A stretch of 64,000 nucleotides of DNA from Clostridia bacterium (lineage in GTDB: Bacteria > Bacillota > Clostridia > Oscillospirales > Acutalibacteraceae). The DNA is taken from contig JAFQKN010000102.1 in NCBI GenBank assembly GCA_017396895.1, positions 3,472 to 67,471 on the forward strand, in the 5' to 3' direction. The notes beneath the pieces were generated by a model. The model saw only the letters and a program-made list of their open reading frames with translations, searched no databases and was not told the origin of the DNA. Positions 53,995-63,385 of the stretch are shown in pieces; positions within the stretch are counted from its first letter, which is position 1, and each line of letters begins with the position of its first letter. The position numbers and the translations under genes were made by a program.

Positions 53995-55044
53995 ATGAAA
54001 AAAATTGTCTCTTTCTTGTTAGCTGTGTGTTTGTTTTTACCGTCATTCAGCGTTTTTGTATCTGCGCGGGAAAGAAAAACCGCTTTGCCTACTTCAGCAG
54101 GCATACAGGCTTTGCGCAATGAGTTTGACAGTGATGTTGCCCCGAAATCGGATGGCTATGCTTTGGATTATTGCTACTATTCTCCTGTTGGTGAGAATGA
54201 TAACACAAAGTATCCTCTTGTTATTTTTTTGCACGGCATCGGTCATGCAGATTATGCAGGTGCACAGTTGGATGACAGCGATATGCCTTACTGGGCATCT
54301 GCCGAATTGCAAAGTCGCTTTACGGAAGGCGGTGCATTCATTCTGCTTCCTCGTGCTCCCGAACACAAATTGGTATATTGGGGCACTTCGTTGATTCCTG
54401 CTTTGCGTTCGGTGATTGATGATATGATTGCTAAACACGGCAAAAATATTGACACTTCAAAAATATTTATCGGCGGCAGTTCTGCAGGCGGAGAAATGGT
54501 GTGGAATATGATTATTGCTTTTCCCGAGTATTTTGCAGGTGCATTTCCCATTGCCGCAACCGGCACCGTAACCGCTGCCAACGTGCAGACCTGCTCGGAT
54601 GTTGCCATCTGGATGATCGCAAGCAAAATGGATCCGGTTATCAGTTATGTTGCGACCACACAACCTCTGTGGAACAATGTTGTAAAATACAATAAACATC
54701 CCGAAAACTGCCGTTTGTCCAGTTTTTCAAGTGTTGTTGAGCCGGCAGGCGGTTCAGCAAGTGACAATCATCATATGGCAAAAGTCGTAACGTATGACAT
54801 GCATATGTTGGATGGAAGTACCTATAAAAATGTGACTACGGAAGACGGTAACGGAAATACCGTTTCTTTGGTCAGCCCGAACGGTATGATCTCATGGATG
54901 AACGACGTAACTTCCGATTATAACGGCGACACCGGGAACGGATCGGGAAACATAAATGTGAATTTCCTTACGAATTTCTTTGATGCCATCCGTAATTTCT
55001 TTTTGAAGATCGTTAACATTTTCCAACGCCTGTTTGGGTTATGA
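53995..55044 (+). CDS. secreted alpha/beta-hydrolase (esterase / PHB-depolymerase-like) with a C-terminal amphipathic tail
   Basis: Signal peptide (IVSFLLAVCLFLPSFSVFVSA), YPLVIFLHGIGHA, IFIGGSSAGGEMVW (GxSxG). It ends NFLTNFFDAIRNFFLKIVNIFQRLFGL. Confidence 0.75.
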   Translation: MKKIVSFLLAVCLFLPSFSVFVSARERKTALPTSAGIQALRNEFDSDVAPKSDGYALDYCYYSPVGENDNTKYPLVIFLHGIGHADYAGAQLDDSDMPYWASAELQSRFTEGGAFILLPRAPEHKLVYWGTSLIPALRSVIDDMIAKHGKNIDTSKIFIGGSSAGGEMVWNMIIAFPEYFAGAFPIAATGTVTAANVQTCSDVAIWMIASKMDPVISYVATTQPLWNNVVKYNKHPENCRLSSFSSVVEPAGGSASDNHHMAKVVTYDMHMLDGSTYKNVTTEDGNGNTVSLVSPNGMISWMNDVTSDYNGDTGNGSGNINVNFLTNFFDAIRNFFLKIVNIFQRLFGL

Positions 55045-55712
55045 GCATTTTTCGCAGAAAAAACAAGTCGGTAGATGCCGACAGTGACTTTTATGATGTT
55101 TACCGAGATGCGCGTGATGCGGTCTGGAAACTGCTTGCCGAAAATGAGGTCAGTACTTTGCCTATTGATGTATTTGCCCTGTGCGAAACGCAACAGATCG
55201 AGTGCTATTCCTTTGTCCATGCACAGGTCTTGATTCAAAGCCTGCACATAGAAAAGCATTGTGTTTCCGGCTGTTATCTTGTGCTGTGTCCTGCGGGAAG
55301 AAGGATCATTTTGTATGACGATGCCGTACCGCATGAATTTCAACGGTTTCTTGTTGCATCCGCTTTGGCACACATTGTTTTGGAACATACGCAAAACCGA
55401 ACGGAATTGCCTGTGGTGTTTTCCCCGGAAGAAATGTTGACGGCAGGAGTTTTTGCAACAAGGTTGCTTGCGCCGTTGAGCGTTTTGTGGGGAATGGGGG
55501 TTGACGGTGTACAGGAACTGATAAAAGTGTGCAGGATTCCGCGTGCAACGGCCGAAAAACGCTTTGAACGGCTGTGTGAAATCAATGACCGCAATGACCG
55601 TTTCGGTATGGCAAGCGGACAGGGGAGTATGTTTCTTTCGGGATATGAACGGTCTGCCTATCGTAACTTTTCTCCTTTTATTGAAAATTACAGAAAAAAT
55701 AAGAACCGATGA
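55041..55712 (+). CDS. ImmA/IrrE (DUF955)-like protein with a degenerate metal-binding motif
   Basis: The layout is ...RRIILYDDAVPHEFQRFLVASALAHIVLEH...EEMLTAGVFATRLLAPLSVL. The helix that normally carries HExxH reads SALAH. The downstream E..A..FA..LL.P element is kept. ATGA overlap with the esterase stop. Confidence 0.45.
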   Translation: MSIFRRKNKSVDADSDFYDVYRDARDAVWKLLAENEVSTLPIDVFALCETQQIECYSFVHAQVLIQSLHIEKHCVSGCYLVLCPAGRRIILYDDAVPHEFQRFLVASALAHIVLEHTQNRTELPVVFSPEEMLTAGVFATRLLAPLSVLWGMGVDGVQELIKVCRIPRATAEKRFERLCEINDRNDRFGMASGQGSMFLSGYERSAYRNFSPFIENYRKNKNR

Positions 55713-55718
55713 TTTTAT

Positions 55719-55748
55719 AAAAGGACTTGCAATGCAGGTCCTTTTATT
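55719..55748 (+). terminator. rho-independent terminator
   Basis: AAAGGACTTGC (55720-55730), loop AAT, GCAGGTCCTTT (55734-55744), then TATTG. Confidence 0.6.
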
Positions 55749-55782
55749 GTAAAATAAGAACATACTTTTGTGGAGGTGTACA

Positions 55783-56706
55783 ATGAAAAACGCAAGAGGT
55801 TTTGTTTTGTTCTGTTGCGTGCTTTGTCTTGGTTTTGCCTGTTCTTGCGCTCAGCAAGATGAAGTGCCAACGACCGAAAAAGTTGAAAACACAACCACTG
55901 TGAACAATATATATATTACCGACAACGGAATTTTTACGGATGCACAAGTGCAGTATGCGACACAAGTCCCGCAAACGCAACCTGCCGTTTCCGCAACGCA
56001 GCAACCGACTTCGGCTGTTACGCAACCGATGCCGACAGAAGTTGCAACGACAGCACCGTCAATATCGGAATATTCTCCGCAAATGATTCTGGATGTGATC
56101 ACGCAGTCCGTTAACAGCGCAAAACAGGCGTCGGATTTTACTGCACATCAGTTGCAGGAAGTCACGATCAATCTGACCGATTGTACTTTCTCGTGGGCCG
56201 TCCCTGTTATCAACACCGCCATCGGTGTATTCAACGGACCGCATCATTTTGATTATACGTTTGTGGACGGCACCTGCCTTGATCCGAAAGAAGATTTCAA
56301 AACATCTGTAACGCCAAACGGAGCCATTCCGCCGTCCGACAGGCTGTTTGCATTGGATGTAAGCGGTGTTACGGATTATAAAGCGTATGAAGAAAACGGC
56401 GAATACGTATTCACCGTAACGCTGCCACCCGAACAAACGGGGGCAGATAATCCTGTTCCGTATTACCACGCGCAGGCCATGGATTATCTGGATCTCGGTG
56501 ATTTTGATTTCGGAATCGGTGAAATTACCGATTCGCAATGCAATTATCCGGGGGCGACCGTCACTGTTCGTTTGGACAAAAACGGAACTTTGCTGAAGTA
56601 TGAGGAAACGATCCCTATGAACGGATCGGGAACGGGAAAACTCGGCATCTCACTGAGTGCGTCGTTTGAAGGCTATATGTACGAGAGTTGGACGTTTGAG
56701 TGGTAA
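55783..56706 (+). CDS. putative lipoprotein, unknown function
   Basis: GGAGG RBS. MKNARGFVLFCCVLCLGFACSC is a signal with a lipobox-like motif, followed by a T/Q/P-rich linker and a globular domain ending SFEGYMYESWTFEW. Confidence 0.55.
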   Translation: MKNARGFVLFCCVLCLGFACSCAQQDEVPTTEKVENTTTVNNIYITDNGIFTDAQVQYATQVPQTQPAVSATQQPTSAVTQPMPTEVATTAPSISEYSPQMILDVITQSVNSAKQASDFTAHQLQEVTINLTDCTFSWAVPVINTAIGVFNGPHHFDYTFVDGTCLDPKEDFKTSVTPNGAIPPSDRLFALDVSGVTDYKAYEENGEYVFTVTLPPEQTGADNPVPYYHAQAMDYLDLGDFDFGIGEITDSQCNYPGATVTVRLDKNGTLLKYEETIPMNGSGTGKLGISLSASFEGYMYESWTFEW

Positions 56707-56720
56707 GTAAGTAAAAATGA

Positions 56721-56770
56721 AAAGAATCAAGTCAGTGTGTGAAGAACTGTACTTGATTCTTTTTTTTTGA
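56721..56770. terminator. bidirectional terminator
   Basis: AAGAATCAAGT (56723-56733) pairs with ACTTGATTCTT (56752-56762), followed by a T-run and preceded by AAAA. Confidence 0.75.
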
Positions 56771-56773
56771 TTG

Positions 56774-57493
56774 TTATTTTTGCAACAAAGAATTTGCAAA
56801 TACCTGCAATTCCAATCGCTTTTCATCGGGAAGCGCAGAGGTGTTCAGCAACGGATTCTCTATGCCGAGCAACTCATATTTTTCAAATCCCAAAGTGTGA
56901 AAGGGCAACAATTCCCATTGGGAAATACCGTCTTTGAACGGCATGAGTACCCGTGCATAAGCAAGCAATGCCTCGGTTGAATCGTTTAATTGCGGTACGA
57001 TCACCGTTCGGATTCGTGTCGGAATATTGTTCTGTGTTAAATATGACAACATTTCCGTTACAAGGAATAATTTCCCTTTTGTGTGTTGATAATATGCTTC
57101 TTCCGTCGGGAATTTCAAGTCTAACAACACAGATTCGCTCGCTTCCAAGACATCTTTAACCTTTTGAGTCAAGGGCACGTTGCCCGATGTGTCAATGCAA
57201 CTGCCGATGCCTTCCTGTTTGAGGAGGCAGATCAGTTGATACAATTCGTCTGCCTGAAAAAGCGGTTCACCGCCCGAAAATGTAACCCCGCCGTGTCCTG
57301 CAAGCATATACGGTTTGCAACGCAGGATCTTTTTTGCAATCTGCTCAATTGTGTATTCCTGCGCTCTTTCGTGTGTCCATGTGTCGGGGTTGTGACAGTA
57401 AACACATCGCAACGGGCACCCGGCCAGAAACACCGCATAGCGCAATCCGTCACCGTCCCTTGCGGCAAGGGATTCAAATGAATGTATGCGCAT
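56774..57493 (-). CDS. pflA: pyruvate formate-lyase activating enzyme (radical SAM)
   Basis: MRIHSFESLAARDGDGLRYAVFLAGCPLRCVYCHNPDTW (CxxxCxxC), GGVTFSGGEPL. The start is taken at the Met directly after the pflB stop. The 45-codon upstream extension in the ORF track overlaps pflB. Confidence 0.92.
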   Translation of the reverse strand: MRIHSFESLAARDGDGLRYAVFLAGCPLRCVYCHNPDTWTHERAQEYTIEQIAKKILRCKPYMLAGHGGVTFSGGEPLFQADELYQLICLLKQEGIGSCIDTSGNVPLTQKVKDVLEASESVLLDLKFPTEEAYYQHTKGKLFLVTEMLSYLTQNNIPTRIRTVIVPQLNDSTEALLAYARVLMPFKDGISQWELLPFHTLGFEKYELLGIENPLLNTSALPDEKRLELQVFANSLLQK

Positions 57494-57494
57494 C

Positions 57495-59723
57495 TCACAT
57501 CTTGCTGTGGAAGGTGCGGGCGATGACTTCCAACTGTTTGTCGCGTGTGAGCTTGTTGAAATTGACCGCATAGCCCGAAACACGTATGGTAAGATTCGGA
57601 TACAATGTCGGATCTTCCATGGCGGCAATCAGTTTTTCGCGGTTCAGCACGTTTACGTTTAAGTGGTGGGCACCTTGTGAGAAATAACCGTCCAACACTG
57701 CAACGAGTTTTTCACTTCTGTCGTCGTCATCGCAACCCAATGCATCGGGTGTGATGGAGAATGTGTTGGAAATTCCGTCCTGACAGCAGGCATAATCGAG
57801 TTTCGCAACGGAGTTCAAGGATGCCAGCGCACCTTCTTTGTCTCGGCCGTGCATGGGATTTGCACCGGGGGCAAAAGGTTCTCCGGCTTTTCTGCCGTCC
57901 GGTGTGGTACCTGTTTTCTTGCCGTATACGACGTTTGAAGTGATCGTCAGAATGCTCAATGTGTGTTTTGCTCCGCGGTAGGTAGGTGTTTTACAGAGTT
58001 CCTGATAGAAAAATTCCGTCAGCCATTGGGCAATTTCGTCTGCACGGTCATCGTCATTGCCGTACTGCGGATAGTCGCCTTCGGTGATGAAATCGGTAAT
58101 CAAGCCGTTTTCACCGTGTACAGGGGTGACGTTTGCATATTTGATGGCGGAGAGGGAATCCGTCAGCACCGATAAGCCGCTGACACCGAAGGCCATCAAT
58201 CGGTCAACAACGGTGTCGTGGAAACCCATGATAAGACGTTCATAAGCATATTTATCGTGCATATAGTGAATGATGTTCATGGTGTTGACGTACAGCCTTG
58301 CCATCCATGCCATATACACTTTCAGGCTTTCAAGCACTTCTTCGTAATTCAGTTTTTCATTGTCGGGGAACACCTTTCCCTGCGGGCCGATCTGCGTGCC
58401 GTGAATTTCATCTTTGCCGCCGTTGAGAGCCATGAGCAATACTTTGGGAAGATTACATCTTGCGCCGAAGAATTGCATCTGTTTGCCTTCTTTCATAGCA
58501 GAAACACAGCAGGCAATGGCATAATCGTCCCCGTATTCGGGGCGCATACGGTCGTCATTTTCATACTGAATCGAGTCAGTGTCAACCGAAACTCTTGCAC
58601 AGTATTTTTTGAATGCGGCAGGCAGTTTTTCCGACCACAGAACAGTAATGTTGGGTTCTGCGGACGGCCCGAGATTGTAGAGTGTGTGCAACATCCTGAA
58701 GCAGTTTTTGGTAACGAGCGTTCTGCCGTCGAGTCCCATGCCGCCTTCCGAGCAGGTAACCCAGACAGGGTCGCCTGCAAACAGATCGTTGTATTCGGGA
58801 GTGCGCAGGTGACGGATCAGACGCAGTTTCAGAACCAGATCGTCCATCAGTTCCTGTGCTTGGGATTCGGTCAGTGTGCCTTCTGCAAAATCGCGTTCCA
58901 TGTAAATGTCAAGGAAGGTCGTAATGCGGCCGATGCTGTTGGCGGCACCGTTTTGTTCTTTCTGACCGCCGAGATATGCGAAATACAACCACTGCACTGC
59001 TTCATAAGCGTTTTCTGCAGGACGGCGGATGTCGCAACCGTACTGTTCTGCCATGGTAATGAGTTGTTTCATGAACTCGGTCTGTTTTGCAATGTCTTCC
59101 AACAAACGGATATTTTCTTCACACATATCCTGTTGACCGATCATTTCGGCATCTTTGGCTTTCTGCTGCAAAAGAAAATCCATGCCGTACAAAGCGAGTC
59201 TGCGATAGTCACCGATGAGTCTGCCTCTGCCGTATGCATCGGGAAGGCCTGTCAAAATACCTGCATGACGTGCTTTGCGCATATCCTGTGTATAAGCGCG
59301 GAATACACCTGTGTTGTGTGTGGTTCTGTACAGAAAGTCTTCACGGATCTTGTCGCTGATTTTGTAACCGTATGCCGTGCACGCCTGTTCGGCATTGCGG
59401 AATCCCGCAAAAGGATTGACGGCTCTGACCAAAGGTTTTTCGGTTTGCAGGCCGAGAATAATATCTTTTCCTTTTTCAATATAGCCGGGGGCATAGGAGA
59501 GGATCGAAGAAACGCGGTCGGTGTCAATGTCCAGGACACCGCCGTTTTCCTGTTCTTGGCGAAACAGTTCCTGTACCTGCGCAAGCAGATCTTTCGTGCG
59601 TTGCGTTGCCGAACAAAGGAATGAACCGTCACCTTCGTAAGGAGTGTAATTCAAACGGATAAAATCGGAAACATGAATTGTGTCACACCATGTACCGGTT
59701 TTAAAACTTCTCCAAGCATCCAT
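57495..59723 (-). CDS. pflB: pyruvate formate-lyase (glycyl radical enzyme)
   Basis: [32 protein letters not shown] (active-site Cys pair), and the glycyl radical motif [18 protein letters not shown] lies 10 nt upstream of ATG 59723. The TTG at 59732 is the ORF-track start. Confidence 0.96.
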   Translation of the reverse strand: MDAWRSFKTGTWCDTIHVSDFIRLNYTPYEGDGSFLCSATQRTKDLLAQVQELFRQEQENGGVLDIDTDRVSSILSYAPGYIEKGKDIILGLQTEKPLVRAVNPFAGFRNAEQACTAYGYKISDKIREDFLYRTTHNTGVFRAYTQDMRKARHAGILTGLPDAYGRGRLIGDYRRLALYGMDFLLQQKAKDAEMIGQQDMCEENIRLLEDIAKQTEFMKQLITMAEQYGCDIRRPAENAYEAVQWLYFAYLGGQKEQNGAANSIGRITTFLDIYMERDFAEGTLTESQAQELMDDLVLKLRLIRHLRTPEYNDLFAGDPVWVTCSEGGMGLDGRTLVTKNCFRMLHTLYNLGPSAEPNITVLWSEKLPAAFKKYCARVSVDTDSIQYENDDRMRPEYGDDYAIACCVSAMKEGKQMQFFGARCNLPKVLLMALNGGKDEIHGTQIGPQGKVFPDNEKLNYEEVLESLKVYMAWMARLYVNTMNIIHYMHDKYAYERLIMGFHDTVVDRLMAFGVSGLSVLTDSLSAIKYANVTPVHGENGLITDFITEGDYPQYGNDDDRADEIAQWLTEFFYQELCKTPTYRGAKHTLSILTITSNVVYGKKTGTTPDGRKAGEPFAPGANPMHGRDKEGALASLNSVAKLDYACCQDGISNTFSITPDALGCDDDDRSEKLVAVLDGYFSQGAHHLNVNVLNREKLIAAMEDPTLYPNLTIRVSGYAVNFNKLTRDKQLEVIARTFHSKM

Positions 59724-59742
59724 AACAATCAAATCCTCTCTG

Positions 59743-59851
59743 AAAAAATAAAAAAACGTCCGGGCACAGATTCACTATCCGGCCCAGGCGTTCGGCATCT
59801 GACATGTTATCCGTTCCCTCGCAGTGCTCTGCGTTACGCCGGTAGCGGATA
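59743..59851 (-). promoter_or_regulatory. ZTP (pfl-motif) riboswitch with a competing intrinsic terminator, in the pflB leader
   Basis: Minus-strand RNA: UAUCCG-CUACCGGCG-UAA-CGCAG(AGCA)CUGCG-AGGGAA-CGGAUA, a 12-nt linker, then GCCGAACGCCUGGGC. This aligns element by element with my recollection of the Thermosinus ZTP aptamer (GGGUCG-UGACUGGCG-AAC-P2-GGGGAG-CGACCC...CCGCCUGGGC). P1 is 59851-59846 with 59813-59808. P2 is 59833-59829 with 59824-59820. The pseudoknot pairs GGCG with CGCC. CGCCUGGGC (59790-59782) can instead pair with GCCCGGACG (59765-59757), which is followed by U7AU6 (59756-59743). Confidence 0.75.
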
Positions 59852-59858
59852 CAAACAT

Positions 59859-59887
59859 AGTATAACAGAGTTTTCTGCTTTTGTCAA
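59859..59887 (-). promoter_or_regulatory. sigma-A-type promoter of the pflBA operon
   Basis: On the minus strand: TTGACA (59887-59882), a 17-nt spacer, then TATACT (59864-59859). The predicted start falls at the first nucleotides of riboswitch P1. Confidence 0.7.
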
Positions 59888-59888
59888 G

Positions 59889-59917
59889 AAAAATCCCATC
59901 GACGAATGCCGATGGGA
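59889..59917 (-). terminator. rho-independent terminator of the metallophosphoesterase gene
   Basis: On the minus strand: TCCCATCG...CGATGGGA (59917-59894), followed by TTTTT (59893-59889). Confidence 0.75.
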
Positions 59918-59923
59918 AAAACA

Positions 59924-60886
59924 TTACTTTATGCTGATTTTTATGTCGTGTTCGGGAAGCCAGACACCCTTTGCAAAATCTCTTGCACGGAAGATCAGTT
60001 CATCCTTATATACTTCCGCAATAAAGCCGAGACCGGCTTCGTTGTATTCACCTGTTTTGTTTTCAATAGAGAAAGAAGGAACATTCACAAGATGTACACC
60101 TTCTTTTTCTTCATAAAGGAAATCTGCAAAGCCGGTATGAAGATGTCCGCTTAAAAATACTACGTTATCATATTTTTTCAGAATATCAAACAGTTCGTCA
60201 TTTTGTTTGCCCACACTGCCTGCGGTTTCGGACGGGCTGTTCCACGTATCGGGAAGACCGTGGGTGAGTTTCAAAGGCTGATGGCAGAGGACAAAAGTAA
60301 GATTGCCGTTTTCGCCGTGCAGTTCATCGTCCAGCCATGCCAACTGTTCTTCACTGAGATATGTTTCCTCAAATTCTGTTCTGTCCGAACCGAGTGTGAT
60401 GAATTTATAGCCGTTGATAACTTCGGAATGATGCATTTCCGTCATGGATTCATCCTGATTCAATGCATTTGCAAATTCTTTAAAGCGTTCAGAAGACTGT
60501 GAATACAGACGCAGACGGATGTCATGGTTGCCTGTAATGGCAATGTAGCGGGTGTTGATACCCGACAGTCCGTCCAGCACAAGCTGATATTCTTCAGTCA
60601 AACCGTTTTCGGCAACGTCACCGAGAAGCAATACGGCATCATAATCATATTCCGCATTTTTAATATCCATGCAAGCTGCTTCAAAAATGCGGTATCTGCC
60701 GAACATATAGTTGGAAACCTGCGGATCCGCAACGGTTGCAAAAGTCAACCGGACCGTATTTTCATTCAGCACATCAATGGGATCTTCCGTGGACGGAGCC
60801 ACAACACCGCCTGCAATGCTGTAAAACAGGCTGAGAATGACACAAAAAATTTTGTAAAACAGTTTTTGTACAAGATTGAGACTCAT
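59924..60886 (-). CDS. secreted calcineurin-like metallophosphoesterase
   Basis: Signal or TM segment (IFCVILSLFYSIAGGV), FATVADPQVS, VLLLGDVAENG, ITGNHD, LCHQPL, FLSGHLH. Confidence 0.8.
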   Translation of the reverse strand: MSLNLVQKLFYKIFCVILSLFYSIAGGVVAPSTEDPIDVLNENTVRLTFATVADPQVSNYMFGRYRIFEAACMDIKNAEYDYDAVLLLGDVAENGLTEEYQLVLDGLSGINTRYIAITGNHDIRLRLYSQSSERFKEFANALNQDESMTEMHHSEVINGYKFITLGSDRTEFEETYLSEEQLAWLDDELHGENGNLTFVLCHQPLKLTHGLPDTWNSPSETAGSVGKQNDELFDILKKYDNVVFLSGHLHTGFADFLYEEKEGVHLVNVPSFSIENKTGEYNEAGLGFIAEVYKDELIFRARDFAKGVWLPEHDIKISIK

Positions 60887-61097
60887 ATGCTTTCATCCTT
60901 TCACATTCGTATCTATACAATAGCACAACGCCGGTTGTGTGTCAAGAAACTTTTTATTACAAAGAAATAATAATGTGTTGACAGATATGATGAAAATAGT
61001 GTATATTATTTTTATGTAATTCGCGTTAAATTTTGGTTAATTCAACCAAGCAAATGACGGATTGTTAAGTTTTTTATTGTCAAAGGAGGAGTTTTTT

Positions 61098-61988
61098 ATG
61101 AGTGCTTGTCCCAAATGCGGCAAAAAGTTGCGCATTTTTGACATCAGCCAGTTTTGTCCTGCGTGCGGTGTGAATATGCGGTTTGTTAATTTTGAGGAAA
61201 ACTTTTTGCGTGAAGCCAAATTGGCAGAACTTTCCCAGGCGGGATTGAAAGTAAAACTGCGCAATTTGCGGTATTCATTCAGCGGATCCAAATGGATCAC
61301 GGCAAAACTTGTTGTTATGCTGTTGCCTGTGCTTTCGCTTTTGATCCCATCGGGTAACTTTAGCGTTTCGATGCCGTTTTTGACGAACAACTCCCATTTC
61401 GGTATTCTCGGCTTTGTGAATGCCTTTACCGACGGAACTGTATTGTATATTTTGGATATGGCAGGCTCTGCCGTTGTCGGGAACGCATTTGCGGCACTCA
61501 GGAATGCTGTGATCTGCTATGTTTTGATTGCACTGTGTGCCGTTTTTTGCTTCTTTTTTTCCTTGCTTGGTTTTATCAGCATAAAGAATATGCAAAAGGT
61601 GGTCACCGTGATTGCAGGACTCGGAATGGCGGCATCCGTTGCAGATATGGCTTTGATCGGTTTGTTTGCGGCCGCCTCAAAAGATGCATTGTTGGTTTCC
61701 GGCAGTTTCGGTTTCGGGTTGATCGTTTCAACGGTTATGTTCGGCGCAGTTTTCTATGTTAATCTTATGCTGTGGAAACACGGCATTCATCCCGTTTATG
61801 ATGAAGGTGTCGAAGAACGAGTTGCAATCTACAAAAAAGTAAAAGCCGGGGAGATCAACATAGATGACCTGCCGCAACCGGTTGTTGAAACGGAGGAAAC
61901 AAGAAAGATTGAAGCGGCAATTGCTGCGGAAGAAGCCGCATTTCAGAAGAGTATGCTTGCAAGCGCAGGAAAGGGGGAAGTCCAATGA
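61098..61988 (+). CDS. N-terminal zinc-ribbon, multipass membrane protein (paralogue of 19768-20580)
   Basis: AAAGGAGGAG RBS. MSACPKCGKKLRIFDISQFCPACGVNMRFVNFEENFLREAKLAEL..., then about four TM helices and an acidic/Ala-rich tail. It has the same architecture and alignable motifs as the 19768 product. Confidence 0.7.
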   Translation: MSACPKCGKKLRIFDISQFCPACGVNMRFVNFEENFLREAKLAELSQAGLKVKLRNLRYSFSGSKWITAKLVVMLLPVLSLLIPSGNFSVSMPFLTNNSHFGILGFVNAFTDGTVLYILDMAGSAVVGNAFAALRNAVICYVLIALCAVFCFFFSLLGFISIKNMQKVVTVIAGLGMAASVADMALIGLFAAASKDALLVSGSFGFGLIVSTVMFGAVFYVNLMLWKHGIHPVYDEGVEERVAIYKKVKAGEINIDDLPQPVVETEETRKIEAAIAAEEAAFQKSMLASAGKGEVQ

Positions 61989-63385
61989 AAGAGAAAAAGA
62001 TTGATAAATCCAAATTGCTTACGGCTGCTGTTGTCTGTATTCTCATCTTTTTCTTTGTCGGCGGTTTTTTGTTGGGGCTTGACAGAGTCAGGGCTATGGA
62101 AGGTACTTTTCCACCGAATGAACCGGAGGAAAGCCTGACACCTGCACCAAAAACGTCTGCGGAGGCGGTTGATTATCTTTCTGCCGTTCTTGATAAGGCT
62201 CTCAACGGTGTTCCGAGAATTGAGTACGATACCTATTTTTCCACTGATTCCGATTCTTTGATTACGGACGGCTCTGAGTATCTGAAAAAGACGCTTCTTT
62301 TTGCTATGGATAATTTTATATCCTATATTTCTTCCGTTGAAGAAGATGAATCCGCGTTGACGTCAGTCGGTTTCGGCGAAGATGTGCGCGCACTGTTGGT
62401 CTTGCCCGATATTACGGCAGATGATGTGGTAAGTTTTACTTGCAATTATATTTACTATTCCTGTCCCTCTTGCGGGGAAACAAGCGAGGAGCCGCTTGCT
62501 TTTTGTGAGGATTGCGGTTCTCCGAGGGCTTATTTTATGAAGTACCGTGATGAATACGATATTCAACTCGTTCTGAAAAACGATGAGCAGACGGCAAACA
62601 GCGTGTTGGAACGTAATTTTAAACCCCGTACCCAAGCGCAGATTGCCGCATTGACGGAACGTGCAGTTGACGGTGCGGCAACCGTGTCGGTGACAGACGT
62701 GACCTATGACACGCTTGCAATTCATGCAAAGGTGCATCGGTTGACGGATGAAATTACGTCTTTGCGCTATATTAAGGACATGACAGTCGAGTCGGTTGTG
62801 ACATTTGAAAATGAATATGCCGAACTTGGGCAGAAGAACATCGGCTTGTCTTTACGTGAAACCAAAGCCTATCACTTTACGTGGCCGGGCATCAGCCTTT
62901 CCGAAAGTAAACTTGTCATAGAACCCGGCGGAACGGATAATCTGCTTGCAACGCTCGTGTGTGCAGATCCGCTTGTTGAATCGGTCAACTGGAGTTCTTC
63001 TGATGAAAATATTGCCACCGTGGATGCGGACGGATATATTGACGTATTTAAAACTACGGGGGAGGCCGTTATTACGGCGACTTTCGACTACCTCGGAAAA
63101 ACATATTCGGATTCATGTACCGTTTATGTGCGGGTGCCTGTGGAATCCATGAAAATGAAAACCAAGAAGGTGAATCTTGCTGTCGGAGAAACAACAATGC
63201 TTCAAACAAAGGTTTCTCCTTCCGATGCCACAGTGCAAACGGTCACGTGGTACACCGAAGATGAAAAAATTGCAACCGTGGATGCGGACGGAACCGTTCA
63301 TGCAATCGGACAAGGTACTGTAACGGTTTATGCATTGTCGGATGACGGATACTACAGATCAACTTGTGAGGTGAATGTTGAATGA
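61985..63385 (+). CDS. membrane-anchored protein with an embedded zinc ribbon and two C-terminal Big_2 (bacterial Ig-like) domains
   Basis: TM helix (LLTAAVVCILIFFFVGGFLLGL), YYSCPSCGETSEEPLAFCEDCGSP, and Big_2 signatures VNWSSSDENIATVDADGYIDVFKTTGEAVITA and VTWYTEDEKIATVDADGTVHAIGQGTVTVYA. ATGA overlap with the upstream gene. Confidence 0.75.
   Translation: MKEKKIDKSKLLTAAVVCILIFFFVGGFLLGLDRVRAMEGTFPPNEPEESLTPAPKTSAEAVDYLSAVLDKALNGVPRIEYDTYFSTDSDSLITDGSEYLKKTLLFAMDNFISYISSVEEDESALTSVGFGEDVRALLVLPDITADDVVSFTCNYIYYSCPSCGETSEEPLAFCEDCGSPRAYFMKYRDEYDIQLVLKNDEQTANSVLERNFKPRTQAQIAALTERAVDGAATVSVTDVTYDTLAIHAKVHRLTDEITSLRYIKDMTVESVVTFENEYAELGQKNIGLSLRETKAYHFTWPGISLSESKLVIEPGGTDNLLATLVCADPLVESVNWSSSDENIATVDADGYIDVFKTTGEAVITATFDYLGKTYSDSCTVYVRVPVESMKMKTKKVNLAVGETTMLQTKVSPSDATVQTVTWYTEDEKIATVDADGTVHAIGQGTVTVYALSDDGYYRSTCEVNVE

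Noticed and set aside
55041-55712. Calling this ORF an active ImmA/IrrE zinc metalloprotease.
   Set aside because: The HExxH motif is not present (it reads SALAH). Only the fold-level resemblance is reported.
57494-57628. A 45-codon upstream extension of pflA that overlaps the pflB 3' end.
   Set aside because: PflA homologues begin close to the CxxxCxxC motif. The Met at 57493 lies immediately after the pflB stop. The extension sequence ([17 protein letters not shown]...) looks non-genic.
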